From the NCBI GenBank assembly GCA_035494575.1, contig DATJGV010000220.1, forward strand, positions 1 to 48,090: a DNA stretch of 48,090 bases, in the 5' to 3' direction. The notes below the pieces were generated by a model. The model had not been told where the DNA came from. It saw only the letters and a program-made list of their open reading frames with translations, and ran no database searches. Position numbers and translations under genes: made by a program. Positions 28,940 to 36,836 of the stretch are shown piece after piece (positions within the stretch are counted from its first letter, which is position 1; each line of letters opens with the position of its first letter). Origin of the DNA: Pyrinomonadaceae bacterium. Lineage in GTDB: Bacteria > Acidobacteriota > Blastocatellia > Pyrinomonadales > Pyrinomonadaceae.

Positions 28940-29452
28940 TCATCCCAAATTTTCCCGAATATCTTTAACACTTAGCATCAAGTGAAGCGGATGGATCGGT
29001 GACTCTTCAAAACCAAACTTTTCATAGAAGCTCTTAGCCTCTTCATTTTTTGCGTGAGTGAGCATCGCGCGGAGACCGGCAATATCAGCGGCCTGAAGCG
29101 TGCGCAGCACTGCATCTCGCAAGAGCCCCTTGCCCAGGCCTTTGCCTTTCTCTCTTACGTCCACGGCCAAGCGCGCTAAAAGAATTATGGGTATTGGATA
29201 CAGAGGCAGGTCGGCTTTAATCTTATCAGTTGCCTCGTCGTGCGAAACCGAGCCAAAGGCCAGAGTATAGTAACCCACGACATGGCCCTCGCGGGTTGTG
29301 ACGTACGTTCGCGAAATTTCGTTTTCCTGGTTGGCAAGGGCGTATTTTTTGATGAATCTATTAAGCGCAGGTTCGCCGCACGCGAATGTCGATGCATCGT
29401 GTTCGGCGGTCAGTAGCTGCGGGGGAGTGTACAGGACTCTACTTGCCATCAA
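28940..29452 (-). CDS. GNAT-family acetyltransferase toxin (TacT-like)
   Basis: 170 aa with an acetyl-CoA-binding stretch RLAVDVREKGKGLGKGLL. It overlaps the upstream DUF1778 gene by 14 nt, which is the classic TacA/TacT arrangement. Confidence 0.82.
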   Translation of the reverse strand: MMASRVLYTPPQLLTAEHDASTFACGEPALNRFIKKYALANQENEISRTYVTTREGHVVGYYTLAFGSVSHDEATDKIKADLPLYPIPIILLARLAVDVREKGKGLGKGLLRDAVLRTLQAADIAGLRAMLTHAKNEEAKSFYEKFGFEESPIHPLHLMLSVKDIRENLG

Positions 29453-29723
29453 AGACGCTGCGTTCGGTCAAAAGTTTTCTGAGGGCGGGAATTTTGCGCG
29501 GTGGAGCATCCAAAGCGGCCAAAAAACGCTTCCACTGCTTTCTATCCAGGATAAAATTTGCGTCGTCGGCCAAAACCGCCTCCGCTGCCGACAGAGCGTT
29601 TTCCAGCACAAAATCGCTTATATTCTTGTTTTCCCTTTCAGCCGCCTTCGCAATAATGGTTTTTCTTTCGGGAGTCGTACGTATGCTCAACCGTTCTTCT
29701 CTTGTTTGTTTTACCGCAACCAT
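29439..29723 (-). CDS. DUF1778 ribbon-helix-helix antitoxin (TacA-like)
   Basis: 94 aa. Sequence runs EERLSIRTTPERKTIIAKAAERENKNISDFVLENALSAAEAVLAD..FILDRKQWKRFLAALDAPP. Confidence 0.82.
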   Translation of the reverse strand: MVAVKQTREERLSIRTTPERKTIIAKAAERENKNISDFVLENALSAAEAVLADDANFILDRKQWKRFLAALDAPPRKIPALRKLLTERSVFDGK

Positions 29724-29765
29724 GATTTAACCTCTCTATTCATGTACACATCTTGTACGCACAAC

Positions 29766-29784
29766 GTGCACACACTGTGTGCAC
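29766..29784. promoter_or_regulatory. 19-bp perfect palindrome upstream of the antitoxin gene (candidate TA operator)
   Basis: GTGCACACA-C-TGTGTGCAC lies 43 nt upstream of the tacA-like ATG. It is flanked by direct GCACAAC repeats and TGTACA palindromes. Confidence 0.5.
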
Positions 29785-29833
29785 AACATATGATGCAAAA
29801 TATCCCCATAATTTGCAATAAAAATTTACCGAC

Positions 29834-29924
29834 ATTCCGATGCTCTTATCTTTTCCAATAGTTTTTTATCTTCAGATCGAGCATCGGGAATGCGCAGTAT
29901 TCGACGGAGCGGCCTGATTCGCGG
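29834..29924 (-). repeat. Right direct repeat of the TA cassette, which is the functional 3' end of the cREC-like gene
   Basis: See 28828..28917. The offset between copies is 1007 bp. Confidence 0.9.
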
Positions 29925-30304
29925 AGTTTCATTACCATTGGGATGGCGGCGTCGGCGTTTCGGGTGTGGACGATGATGGTCGCGGCGCGCTGAAGGTCCG
30001 ATTTTTCGTTTAGCCATTCGGCGACGGCGTAGCCGGTCCGGTCGAAATCGTCGTGCTCGTTCGATTCGTAATGGTGCGGGAGCAGGTCATGATCGAGAAA
30101 GATCGCGTCGTAGGCCGTATCGCTTAAATATTCCTTGGCCTTTTCGACTGTGTCGGCAATGTCGAGGTCATCGCCCGCAAAACGCTTCTTGAACCATTTG
30201 TGACGGCGTTCGTCATCGTCGAGTAAAAAAACCGCGATCGGGTTTCGTTCCGCCCTGAGGTCAATGAGGCCAAGCCTCAACATAATACTGCGAAAAATGC
30301 TCAT
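29846..30304 (-). CDS. Stand-alone receiver-fold protein resembling the cREC (cyclic-phosphate processing receiver) family
   Basis: The track start at 30310 is GTG; ATG is at 30304. Receiver-like beta1 VFLLDDDERR, beta3 AIFLDHDL and beta4 IIVHTRN (DHD and H-T/S-x-N motifs as I recall them for cREC). The canonical beta5 Lys is absent. TGYAVAEWL helix present. There is no output domain. Confidence 0.55.
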   Translation of the reverse strand: MSIFRSIMLRLGLIDLRAERNPIAVFLLDDDERRHKWFKKRFAGDDLDIADTVEKAKEYLSDTAYDAIFLDHDLLPHHYESNEHDDFDRTGYAVAEWLNEKSDLQRAATIIVHTRNADAAIPMVMKLRESGRSVEYCAFPMLDLKIKNYWKR

Positions 30305-30495
30305 ATACACATCTGGGGAACGCTTAATATAACATAAACAAAGATGAATTATACCTTCGGCGGGTTGCGAGTGCAGAATCGATTTTAAGCACAGCTGTCA
30401 GCTATTCGCCATCAGCGGTTAGCCATTTAACAAACTATGTGACCTCCTAGACTTCCCCGTTTGTCCGAACTATAATCCAACCAGCCCGCGAAACA

Positions 30496-31272
30496 ATGCC
30501 AAGAGAAAAATCACAAACTCATAAACTGAAGATCGTTCCCGAACCGCCGCCGGCGATCGAGGACGCGTCGGACCTTTGCCCGAAATGTTTCGGCACCGGA
30601 CTCGAGATCGTGCCCGGCAAAGGCGCTCGGCCGTGCGAATGTCGAAAAAAACTGGCTCACACGAACCATCTCGAAAAAATGCGGCTGCCCCGCCGCTATA
30701 CCGAATGCCATTTTCATAACTACCGTCCGCAAAATCCTTCGCAGGAACGAGCTCTTTCGTTCTCGACAAAACTAGCGATGGAATATCCGGCGGTCGAACG
30801 CGGATTGCTATTTTCCGGAACGGTCGGGGTCGGCAAAACGCATCTTGCGGTTTCTATTTTAAAGGGCTTGACGGAACGCGGATTTACGTGCCTGTTTTAC
30901 GAATTTGGCGCGTTGCTAAAAGAGATTCAAGATTCCTACAACGCCAACACGCAAACTTCTGAATTGCGTGTGCTCGCTCCGGTTTTTGACGCCGATGTTT
31001 TGGTTCTCGACGAACTCGGCGCGTCAAAACCAACCGACTGGGTGCGTGACACGATGGCTCATATCATCAACACCCGTTATAACGACCGAAAAGTGACGAT
31101 CTTTACGACCAATTACCTCGATGACCGTACTAGTGCCCGCGAAGAAACTCTCGAAGACCGCATCGGCGTCCGTCTCAGGTCAAGACTTTTTGAAATGTGC
31201 AAGACAGTTTTTATTGCCGGCGAAGATTTTCGAAAAACGTTCGACCGGAGTTCGGCCGCGAAAAGCCGATAG
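30496..31272 (+). CDS. DnaC/DnaI/IstB-like AAA+ ATPase with N-terminal zinc ribbon
   Basis: [16 protein letters not shown] (four Cys), Walker [12 protein letters not shown], Walker B VLVLDELG and TTNY sensor. No IstA-type transposase is adjacent. Confidence 0.78.
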   Translation: MPREKSQTHKLKIVPEPPPAIEDASDLCPKCFGTGLEIVPGKGARPCECRKKLAHTNHLEKMRLPRRYTECHFHNYRPQNPSQERALSFSTKLAMEYPAVERGLLFSGTVGVGKTHLAVSILKGLTERGFTCLFYEFGALLKEIQDSYNANTQTSELRVLAPVFDADVLVLDELGASKPTDWVRDTMAHIINTRYNDRKVTIFTTNYLDDRTSAREETLEDRIGVRLRSRLFEMCKTVFIAGEDFRKTFDRSSAAKSR

Positions 31273-31414
31273 TTTGATCCCCCGCGTAATGATCCGCTAA
31301 AACTTCCTCATGTAAAACTTTGTTAAAATATTTTCAACAAAAGTATTCACTTTTCTGGAAAAATAGGTATAATGTGTCTAGCAGGCTCCCTCGCCCGTCT
31401 TGCATACCACCATT

Positions 31415-33061
31415 ATGCTTTCAACAAATCAGGTCCTGAACCAGGGACGTTATCGAATAATACACCACGTTGGGCCAAGCGATAATTCAGGCCTTTACCA
31501 AGCGTACGACACCGTAAGCAACGCGAATGTTGTGCTCAAGGAGACCGAGGGCAGCGCCGTAAGCACGGCGACGAAGGCACTGTCGGACCTCAAGCATAAT
31601 TCGCTGCTGAACGTGCGGGATTATTTTTCCGAGTTGGACCGGCAGTATATCGTGATCGAATCGACCGACGGCCAGGACCTGGCCGAATTGCTGGCGGGTA
31701 ACGGCAAAGCTCCGGCTGTCTCTGATGTTGTGAAGTGGGCGGACAATCTCCTTGATGCTTTGAATTATCTCCACACGCACCGTCCGCCGGTCCTTCACGG
31801 TGACATAAAGCCTGAAAACATCAGGCTCACGTCGTCATTTGAGATAAAGCTTCTCTCGCCTGCAGTTTCGCGTGACCGCGACGACGAATTTGCGGTTTCC
31901 GCTATGGCCGATACCGCAAGTCTGCCTTATCGGTCGCTCGAACAGCTTTGGGAAGGGCTGGACGCAGCTTCCAGAAAAGTGATCGCGAACAGTTTTGACG
32001 AGGCATCCGAAGAGATACTTCGCGAGGAACCAGATGAGAGGGCCGATCTTTACGCGCTTGCGGCAACGTTGTATCACGCGCTGACAAAGGTCGCTCCGGC
32101 CGATGCGATGGCGCGAACACTCGAGATACTTGACGGCAACGATGATCCGATGCAGCCCGCGTATCAGCTCGACGGCAAAATCCCCAAAGCTGTTTCCGAC
32201 GTTATTATGAAGGCGCTTGAGATCAGGCGCGAAAACAGGTTTGATTCGGCATCTGCCATGCATGCGGCGCTGAGATCCGCCGCCGGTGACATGGCCAAGT
32301 CGGCCAAAAACGAAGCCGCGTCCGCCGCACAGGCCGCCGAGCAAAAGCGTCTGGAAGAGCAGCGGAAGGCTGAAGAAGCTAAAAAACTAGCCGCCGAAGC
32401 TGAGGAAAAACAGCTGGCGGAAACCAGGGCCGAGCAGAAAAGACAAAAGCTCGAGGCCGAGCAAAAGCTGCGTGACGAGATCGCCGCCCAGGAAAAAGCA
32501 GCGGCGCAGCAAGCCGCCCCCGTAAAAGAAGACCTCCTCGAACTGCCCGAAGGTGTAGATACCGAGCCGGTGCAGGAACTCGACGGAGCAGACATTCTGG
32601 CGGAAGCGTTCGACGAAAAACCGAAGGCAAAAGCCGCATCTGGGTCATATTCGTCCACCGACTATAATCCGATGTTCTCGGAACCGACCTCCGGCGGCGG
32701 AATGTCGAAAATGCCGATCATCATCGGAGCCGCGGTCGTGGTACTTGCCGTGATCATCGGTGGATGGATGTTCATGGGGTCATCGGGCGGCAGCCAGGCG
32801 ACGCCGTCACAAACGACGCTTTCGAGCGATGCCGCGAAAACTGCTCCCGCCGTAACGGAAGAGGCTCCGCAAACGACTGCTCCCGCAGTTACTGAGCAAG
32901 CTCCGACCGAGACCGAATCAAAGCCTTCGGCCGACCAACCGGCGAAAAATGAAGCCGTAAAATCTCAGGCAAAGGCGAAGAAGGAAGAAAAAACCGAGGC
33001 CAAACCCACCGCCACACCGAAAAAGGCCGTAACGGCTGACGACATCATGCATGACAACTAA
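31415..33061 (+). CDS. Degenerate Hanks-type kinase-fold protein (predicted pseudokinase) with Lys/Glu/Ala coiled coil, one TM helix and a low-complexity tail
   Basis: The track start at 31400 is TTG; ATG is at 31415. HGDIKPENI replaces HRD. The DFG position reads KLLSPAVS, so the Mg-binding Asp is missing. The G-loop is degenerate (VGPSDNSGLY). DLYALAATLYHALT is retained. The coiled coil reads EQKRLEEQRKAEEAKKLAAEAEEKQLAE. TM helix is MPIIIGAAVVVLAVIIGGWMFM. Confidence 0.72.
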   Translation: MLSTNQVLNQGRYRIIHHVGPSDNSGLYQAYDTVSNANVVLKETEGSAVSTATKALSDLKHNSLLNVRDYFSELDRQYIVIESTDGQDLAELLAGNGKAPAVSDVVKWADNLLDALNYLHTHRPPVLHGDIKPENIRLTSSFEIKLLSPAVSRDRDDEFAVSAMADTASLPYRSLEQLWEGLDAASRKVIANSFDEASEEILREEPDERADLYALAATLYHALTKVAPADAMARTLEILDGNDDPMQPAYQLDGKIPKAVSDVIMKALEIRRENRFDSASAMHAALRSAAGDMAKSAKNEAASAAQAAEQKRLEEQRKAEEAKKLAAEAEEKQLAETRAEQKRQKLEAEQKLRDEIAAQEKAAAQQAAPVKEDLLELPEGVDTEPVQELDGADILAEAFDEKPKAKAASGSYSSTDYNPMFSEPTSGGGMSKMPIIIGAAVVVLAVIIGGWMFMGSSGGSQATPSQTTLSSDAAKTAPAVTEEAPQTTAPAVTEQAPTETESKPSADQPAKNEAVKSQAKAKKEEKTEAKPTATPKKAVTADDIMHDN

Positions 33062-33136
33062 AACTACGGCCGGCTATATTGTCGCCGCCAGGCGAACGGA
33101 AAATCCGGCCGATGTAATTTTGAGGAAAACAACACT

Positions 33137-34282
33137 ATGAAAACCGCTACTCTCTCCGAGACAAAATTTAACGCCCGGACGTTCGTATTTTTAATAACGC
33201 TCGGATTGATACTAGCCATGTTCTCGGCTAAAGCCTTTGCTCAGGAAAGCCAGATATCGCTGGCCGACACGCTGACCGGACTGCGTTCGAAAAAGGTTCC
33301 ACTTGAGGAACGAAATAAGCTTTTAGCCGAAGCAGTCAGAAAGCGCGGCGTGACATTTACGCTTTCGCCCGAGATCGAAAAAGAACTTTCGACGACCGGC
33401 GCCGATAAAGGCCTCCTCGACGCGATCCGCGAAAAAGCCCCCGCGCCGAAGGTTGCCGTTGTTCCATCTCCGAAACCGGTCGCGACGCCGTCCGGACCGG
33501 ACTATATGTATTACCAGAAGCGTGCCGGAACGTACGCAATTGCGGGCGAATACGATCTGGCGATCGCCGATTATACAAAAGCGATCGAAATCGACGGCAA
33601 CGATTACACCACCTTTCTTAACCGCGGCATGGCCTACTTTAACAAAAAAAGCTATGACCAGGCTTTGATCGATTTTGATGTTGCTGCAACGATGAGTCCA
33701 AAGGAAAGCCCTGTATTTTTCGCCCGGGCAAATCTGTACGACAAGGTCGGCAATGCCGAAAAGGCGATGGCTGATTTCCAGAAGGTCATCGACCTCGATC
33801 CGGCGAACGAATTGGCAAAGACCAGCCTCAAGCGGTTAAAAGACGACCAAGCCGCAAAAGCTGCCGCCGCAGCAGCCACGGCAAAACAGCCTGAGACCAA
33901 GCCGGCAGTTACGGAAACGAAACAATCGGGACAGCCGGCGCCGGACAATACGGCAAAATCAGCTGCCGCACCGGAGGCCGAGCCCACAAGCATCGATCTT
34001 GGCCAATTAACTTCATCGATGGCCACGCGCATGGTCACACCCATTTACTCGTCGATCGCATTAAAGGCGGGAGCATCAGGAAGAGTTACAGTCCAGATTA
34101 CGATCGATGAGGAAGGAAATGTTACATCCGCTCGTGCGATAGACGGACACCAGTTCCTTCGTCAATCAAGCGAGGACGCCGCAAGACGTTCCAAATTCAA
34201 GCCCGCTATGTATAACAATCATCCGATCAAAGCTACAGGGACGATCGTTTACAATTACGCGAGGCCGCAAGAGGAAGAATAG
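33137..34282 (+). CDS. TPR-repeat protein with C-terminal TonB-type domain
   Basis: Signal/anchor FVFLITLGLILAMFSAKAFAQ. TPR units (AIADYTKAIEIDGNDYTTFLNRGMAYFNKKSYDQALIDF..). TonB_C-like end PIYSSIALKAGASGRVTVQITIDEEGNV..AIDGHQFLRQSSEDAARRSKFKPA. Confidence 0.8.
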   Translation: MKTATLSETKFNARTFVFLITLGLILAMFSAKAFAQESQISLADTLTGLRSKKVPLEERNKLLAEAVRKRGVTFTLSPEIEKELSTTGADKGLLDAIREKAPAPKVAVVPSPKPVATPSGPDYMYYQKRAGTYAIAGEYDLAIADYTKAIEIDGNDYTTFLNRGMAYFNKKSYDQALIDFDVAATMSPKESPVFFARANLYDKVGNAEKAMADFQKVIDLDPANELAKTSLKRLKDDQAAKAAAAAATAKQPETKPAVTETKQSGQPAPDNTAKSAAAPEAEPTSIDLGQLTSSMATRMVTPIYSSIALKAGASGRVTVQITIDEEGNVTSARAIDGHQFLRQSSEDAARRSKFKPAMYNNHPIKATGTIVYNYARPQEEE

Positions 34283-34324
34283 TTACTAACCCGGGCAATA
34301 TGCCGTAATGTCGGCATATACGCA

Positions 34325-34366
34325 AAAAATAACCCGATCCGCGAAAGTGGATCGGGTTATTTTTTT
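34325..34366. terminator. Bidirectional rho-independent terminator between the TPR/TonB-C gene and deoC
   Basis: AAAAAATAACCCGATCC, loop GCGAAAGT, GGATCGGGTTATTTTTTT. An A-tract precedes the stem and a T-tract follows it. Confidence 0.85.
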
Positions 34367-34430
34367 AACAGGATGGCGCAAGAGTGAAATAGTAATGCGG
34401 TTCGTTTAGCTACCCACCCCCACGTTTATG

Positions 34431-35288
34431 TTAGTAATTCCCGGCAACAATATTCGATTTGACACCGCTGGCTTCCTGGGCGATCTTGACGCCGACGCTC
34501 GCGCCGATACGAGTCGCACCAGCTTCGAACATTGCGCGAGCATCGTCGATTCCTTTTACGCCGCCTGATGCCTTAACGCCGAGCGCTCTGCCAACGGTTC
34601 GCCGCATCAATGCAACGTCCTCGACGGTCGCTCCGCCCTTCGAAAACCCGGTAGATGTTTTAACAAAATCGGCGCCGGCATTTTTAGCCGCGAGGCTAGC
34701 CCGAACCTTTTCCTCGTCGGTCAATAAAGCGGTTTCGATAATGACTTTGCACAAAACGTCGTTCTCGTGAGCTGCATCGGCCACCGCTCGGATATCGTCT
34801 TCAACCAAACAATCATCGCCCGATTTCAGCGCGCCGATGTTGATTACCATATCGACCTCGCGAGCACCGTTAAAGATCGCACGCCGCGCTTCGTAAGCTT
34901 TAACATCCGGCAGCGTCGCTCCGAGAGGAAATCCGATCACGGTGCAGACTGGAACATCGCTCCCTCTCAAAAATTCCGCGGCCGTTTTCACCCAGGAAGG
35001 GTTTACACACACGGACGCAAAACCGAACTGAGCCGCCTCGTCGCACAATTTTTTGATATCCGCCTCGGATGCCTCCGGTTTTAATAAAGTATGGTCGATG
35101 AGTGATGCCCAATCGTGCGCCGTCGCGGTCGATCCGAGCACGATGCCTATGCGTTCGGCTCCGGCGTCAACGATGCGTTCGACATCTGCACGACAAAACG
35201 TGGGGCATTGATCTTCGCCGCCGAGTTTTTCGAGAACGAGGTCGGTTATCTGTTCGACAAGTCTTTCATAATTGCCGTTTTGCTGCAT
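34431..35288 (-). CDS. deoC: Deoxyribose-phosphate aldolase (class I DERA) with a ~58-aa N-terminal extension
   Basis: Motifs [48 protein letters not shown] (Schiff-base Lys context) and VKASGGV. The extension begins [24 protein letters not shown]. Confidence 0.9.
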   Translation of the reverse strand: MQQNGNYERLVEQITDLVLEKLGGEDQCPTFCRADVERIVDAGAERIGIVLGSTATAHDWASLIDHTLLKPEASEADIKKLCDEAAQFGFASVCVNPSWVKTAAEFLRGSDVPVCTVIGFPLGATLPDVKAYEARRAIFNGAREVDMVINIGALKSGDDCLVEDDIRAVADAAHENDVLCKVIIETALLTDEEKVRASLAAKNAGADFVKTSTGFSKGGATVEDVALMRRTVGRALGVKASGGVKGIDDARAMFEAGATRIGASVGVKIAQEASGVKSNIVAGNY

Positions 35289-35305
35289 AAGGTTCGGCTA
35301 TTTTA

Positions 35306-36073
35306 TCACTTTTTATATTGAGTTTCGATTGTGTTGATCTTGTTGACGCGTTTCTTGTGACGCTCTTCGGTCAGCTCGGTCGAGATCCACGCTTCGACAA
35401 TTTGTTTGATCTCGTCGATCGAATTTTGCCCGCTGCCAAGCGTTAGAACATTGGCACCATTATGTTCGCGCGAGTTTTTTGCAAGTGCAGCATTATAACA
35501 TGCTGCCGCTCGAACTCCCGGAACTTTGTTAGCCGCCATCGCGCTGCCGATTCCCGCACCGTCGACGATGATCCCGACATCGACGTGGCCTTCGCCAACC
35601 GATCTTGCAACTGCGTGCGCAAAATCAGGATAGTCCACGGCGTCGGTCGAATTGGTTCCAAAATCTCGTACCTGCACGCCGAGCCCGTTCAAGAACTGCT
35701 TCAACTCTTCCTTTACGTGAAATCCGCCATGATCGGCACCGATCGCTACTGACTTTACCTTTATCGAATCGTGTCGAGACTGTTTTCTTATTAATTGAAG
35801 ACGTCTTTCAGCAACAATATCGCTTGCAAGCGGTGTAAATTTGGCGTTGTCAGCGACGCGAACCCGTGCTCCTTCATCGAGGCCGCGCAGATCGTCCTCG
35901 GTGATAAGCTGTTTGGAAGATTCGTCGCGGTCCCATTCACGGGCAAATTTTTCCTGAAGCGAATTTACGACGACGTGGTCCGGCTCCGAGTCGGTTCCGG
36001 CGGGTACGTTTTTCAACACCTCGCGAACCAGAGCTTGAACGCGCTCGCGGGTTTCCTTGGTTTGATCGGACAT
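35306..36073 (-). CDS. rpiB: Ribose-5-phosphate isomerase B (RpiB/LacA/LacB family) with a ~107-aa N-terminal extension
   Basis: The core starts at VAIGADHGGFHVKEEL and includes GIIVDGAGIGSAMAANK..RAAAC..SREHNGANVLTLG. The extension begins MSDQTKETRERVQALVREVLKNV. The gene ends 18 nt upstream of deoC, so the two are likely an operon. Confidence 0.9.
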   Translation of the reverse strand: MSDQTKETRERVQALVREVLKNVPAGTDSEPDHVVVNSLQEKFAREWDRDESSKQLITEDDLRGLDEGARVRVADNAKFTPLASDIVAERRLQLIRKQSRHDSIKVKSVAIGADHGGFHVKEELKQFLNGLGVQVRDFGTNSTDAVDYPDFAHAVARSVGEGHVDVGIIVDGAGIGSAMAANKVPGVRAAACYNAALAKNSREHNGANVLTLGSGQNSIDEIKQIVEAWISTELTEERHKKRVNKINTIETQYKK

Positions 36074-36153
36074 AAATGCGAATGCGACCCTTGTAAAAAA
36101 GCCGCTGGTTGAATAGTATTTCTAAAAGTCTGCTCAATCAAATCAAAAACGCT

Positions 36154-36729
36154 ATGTCAGCCGAATCTCTAAAGACCATTTCCACGGAGTTCACCAACTC
36201 TAATCTCGAATTGCTCTACACCGCCGACGAAATACGTACCCGCGTCGCCGAACTGGGAGCCCAGATCACGCGTGAATACGCCAACGGCGATCTCGTTCTG
36301 GTCGGCGTGCTGAAAGGCTCATGCGTGTTTCTCGCTGACCTGATGCGCGAGATTGATCTGCCCTTGCACATCGATTTCATGGCCGTCTCAAGCTATAAGG
36401 ACGGCACCGTAAGCACCGGCGATGTTGAAATTTTGAAGGACCTCACAAACCCGATCCGCGGCAAGGACGTGATCGTTGTCGAAGACATAATCGACACAGG
36501 CCTGACATTGTTCCGCTTAATGGAAATACTGGGTTCGCGCGGTGCAAACTCGCTAAAGATCGCGACTTTTCTGGACAAACCCGATCCCCGCGTTAAAACA
36601 GAACTGGCGATCGATTATTGCGGTTTTCAGATCCCTAACAAATTCGTTGTCGGTTATGGCCTCGATGCAGCGGGAAGGTATCGGAATCTGCCGTTTATTG
36701 CGGTCGTTAAGAATCCATCAGAAGCCTAG
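36154..36729 (+). CDS. hpt: Hypoxanthine-guanine phosphoribosyltransferase
   Basis: The track start at 36109 is TTG; ATG is at 36154. Motifs LVGVLKGSCVFLADL, DFMAVSSY, the PRPP loop VIVVEDIIDTGLTL, and FVVGYGLD. Confidence 0.9.
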   Translation: MSAESLKTISTEFTNSNLELLYTADEIRTRVAELGAQITREYANGDLVLVGVLKGSCVFLADLMREIDLPLHIDFMAVSSYKDGTVSTGDVEILKDLTNPIRGKDVIVVEDIIDTGLTLFRLMEILGSRGANSLKIATFLDKPDPRVKTELAIDYCGFQIPNKFVVGYGLDAAGRYRNLPFIAVVKNPSEA

Positions 36730-36836
36730 ATCTCTTTTTGCCCTTAAATTTGAACGCGTTTTAAATTTATGCGAAGCATTTGCTGCGCCCGCAGTTCCGA
36801 TTGCCCAAATCGAATTTGCTCGTTACGATATAAACA

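Noticed and set aside
29298-29861. 187-aa and 114-aa + strand ORFs across the toxin-antitoxin genes
   Set aside because: They are antisense to the GNAT/DUF1778 pair, which has clear family motifs and the canonical overlapping arrangement.
30496-31272. IstB-like ATPase as evidence of an IS21-family insertion sequence
   Set aside because: There is no IstA transposase ORF, no terminal inverted repeats and no target duplication. The zinc-ribbon N-terminus fits a helicase-loader type better.
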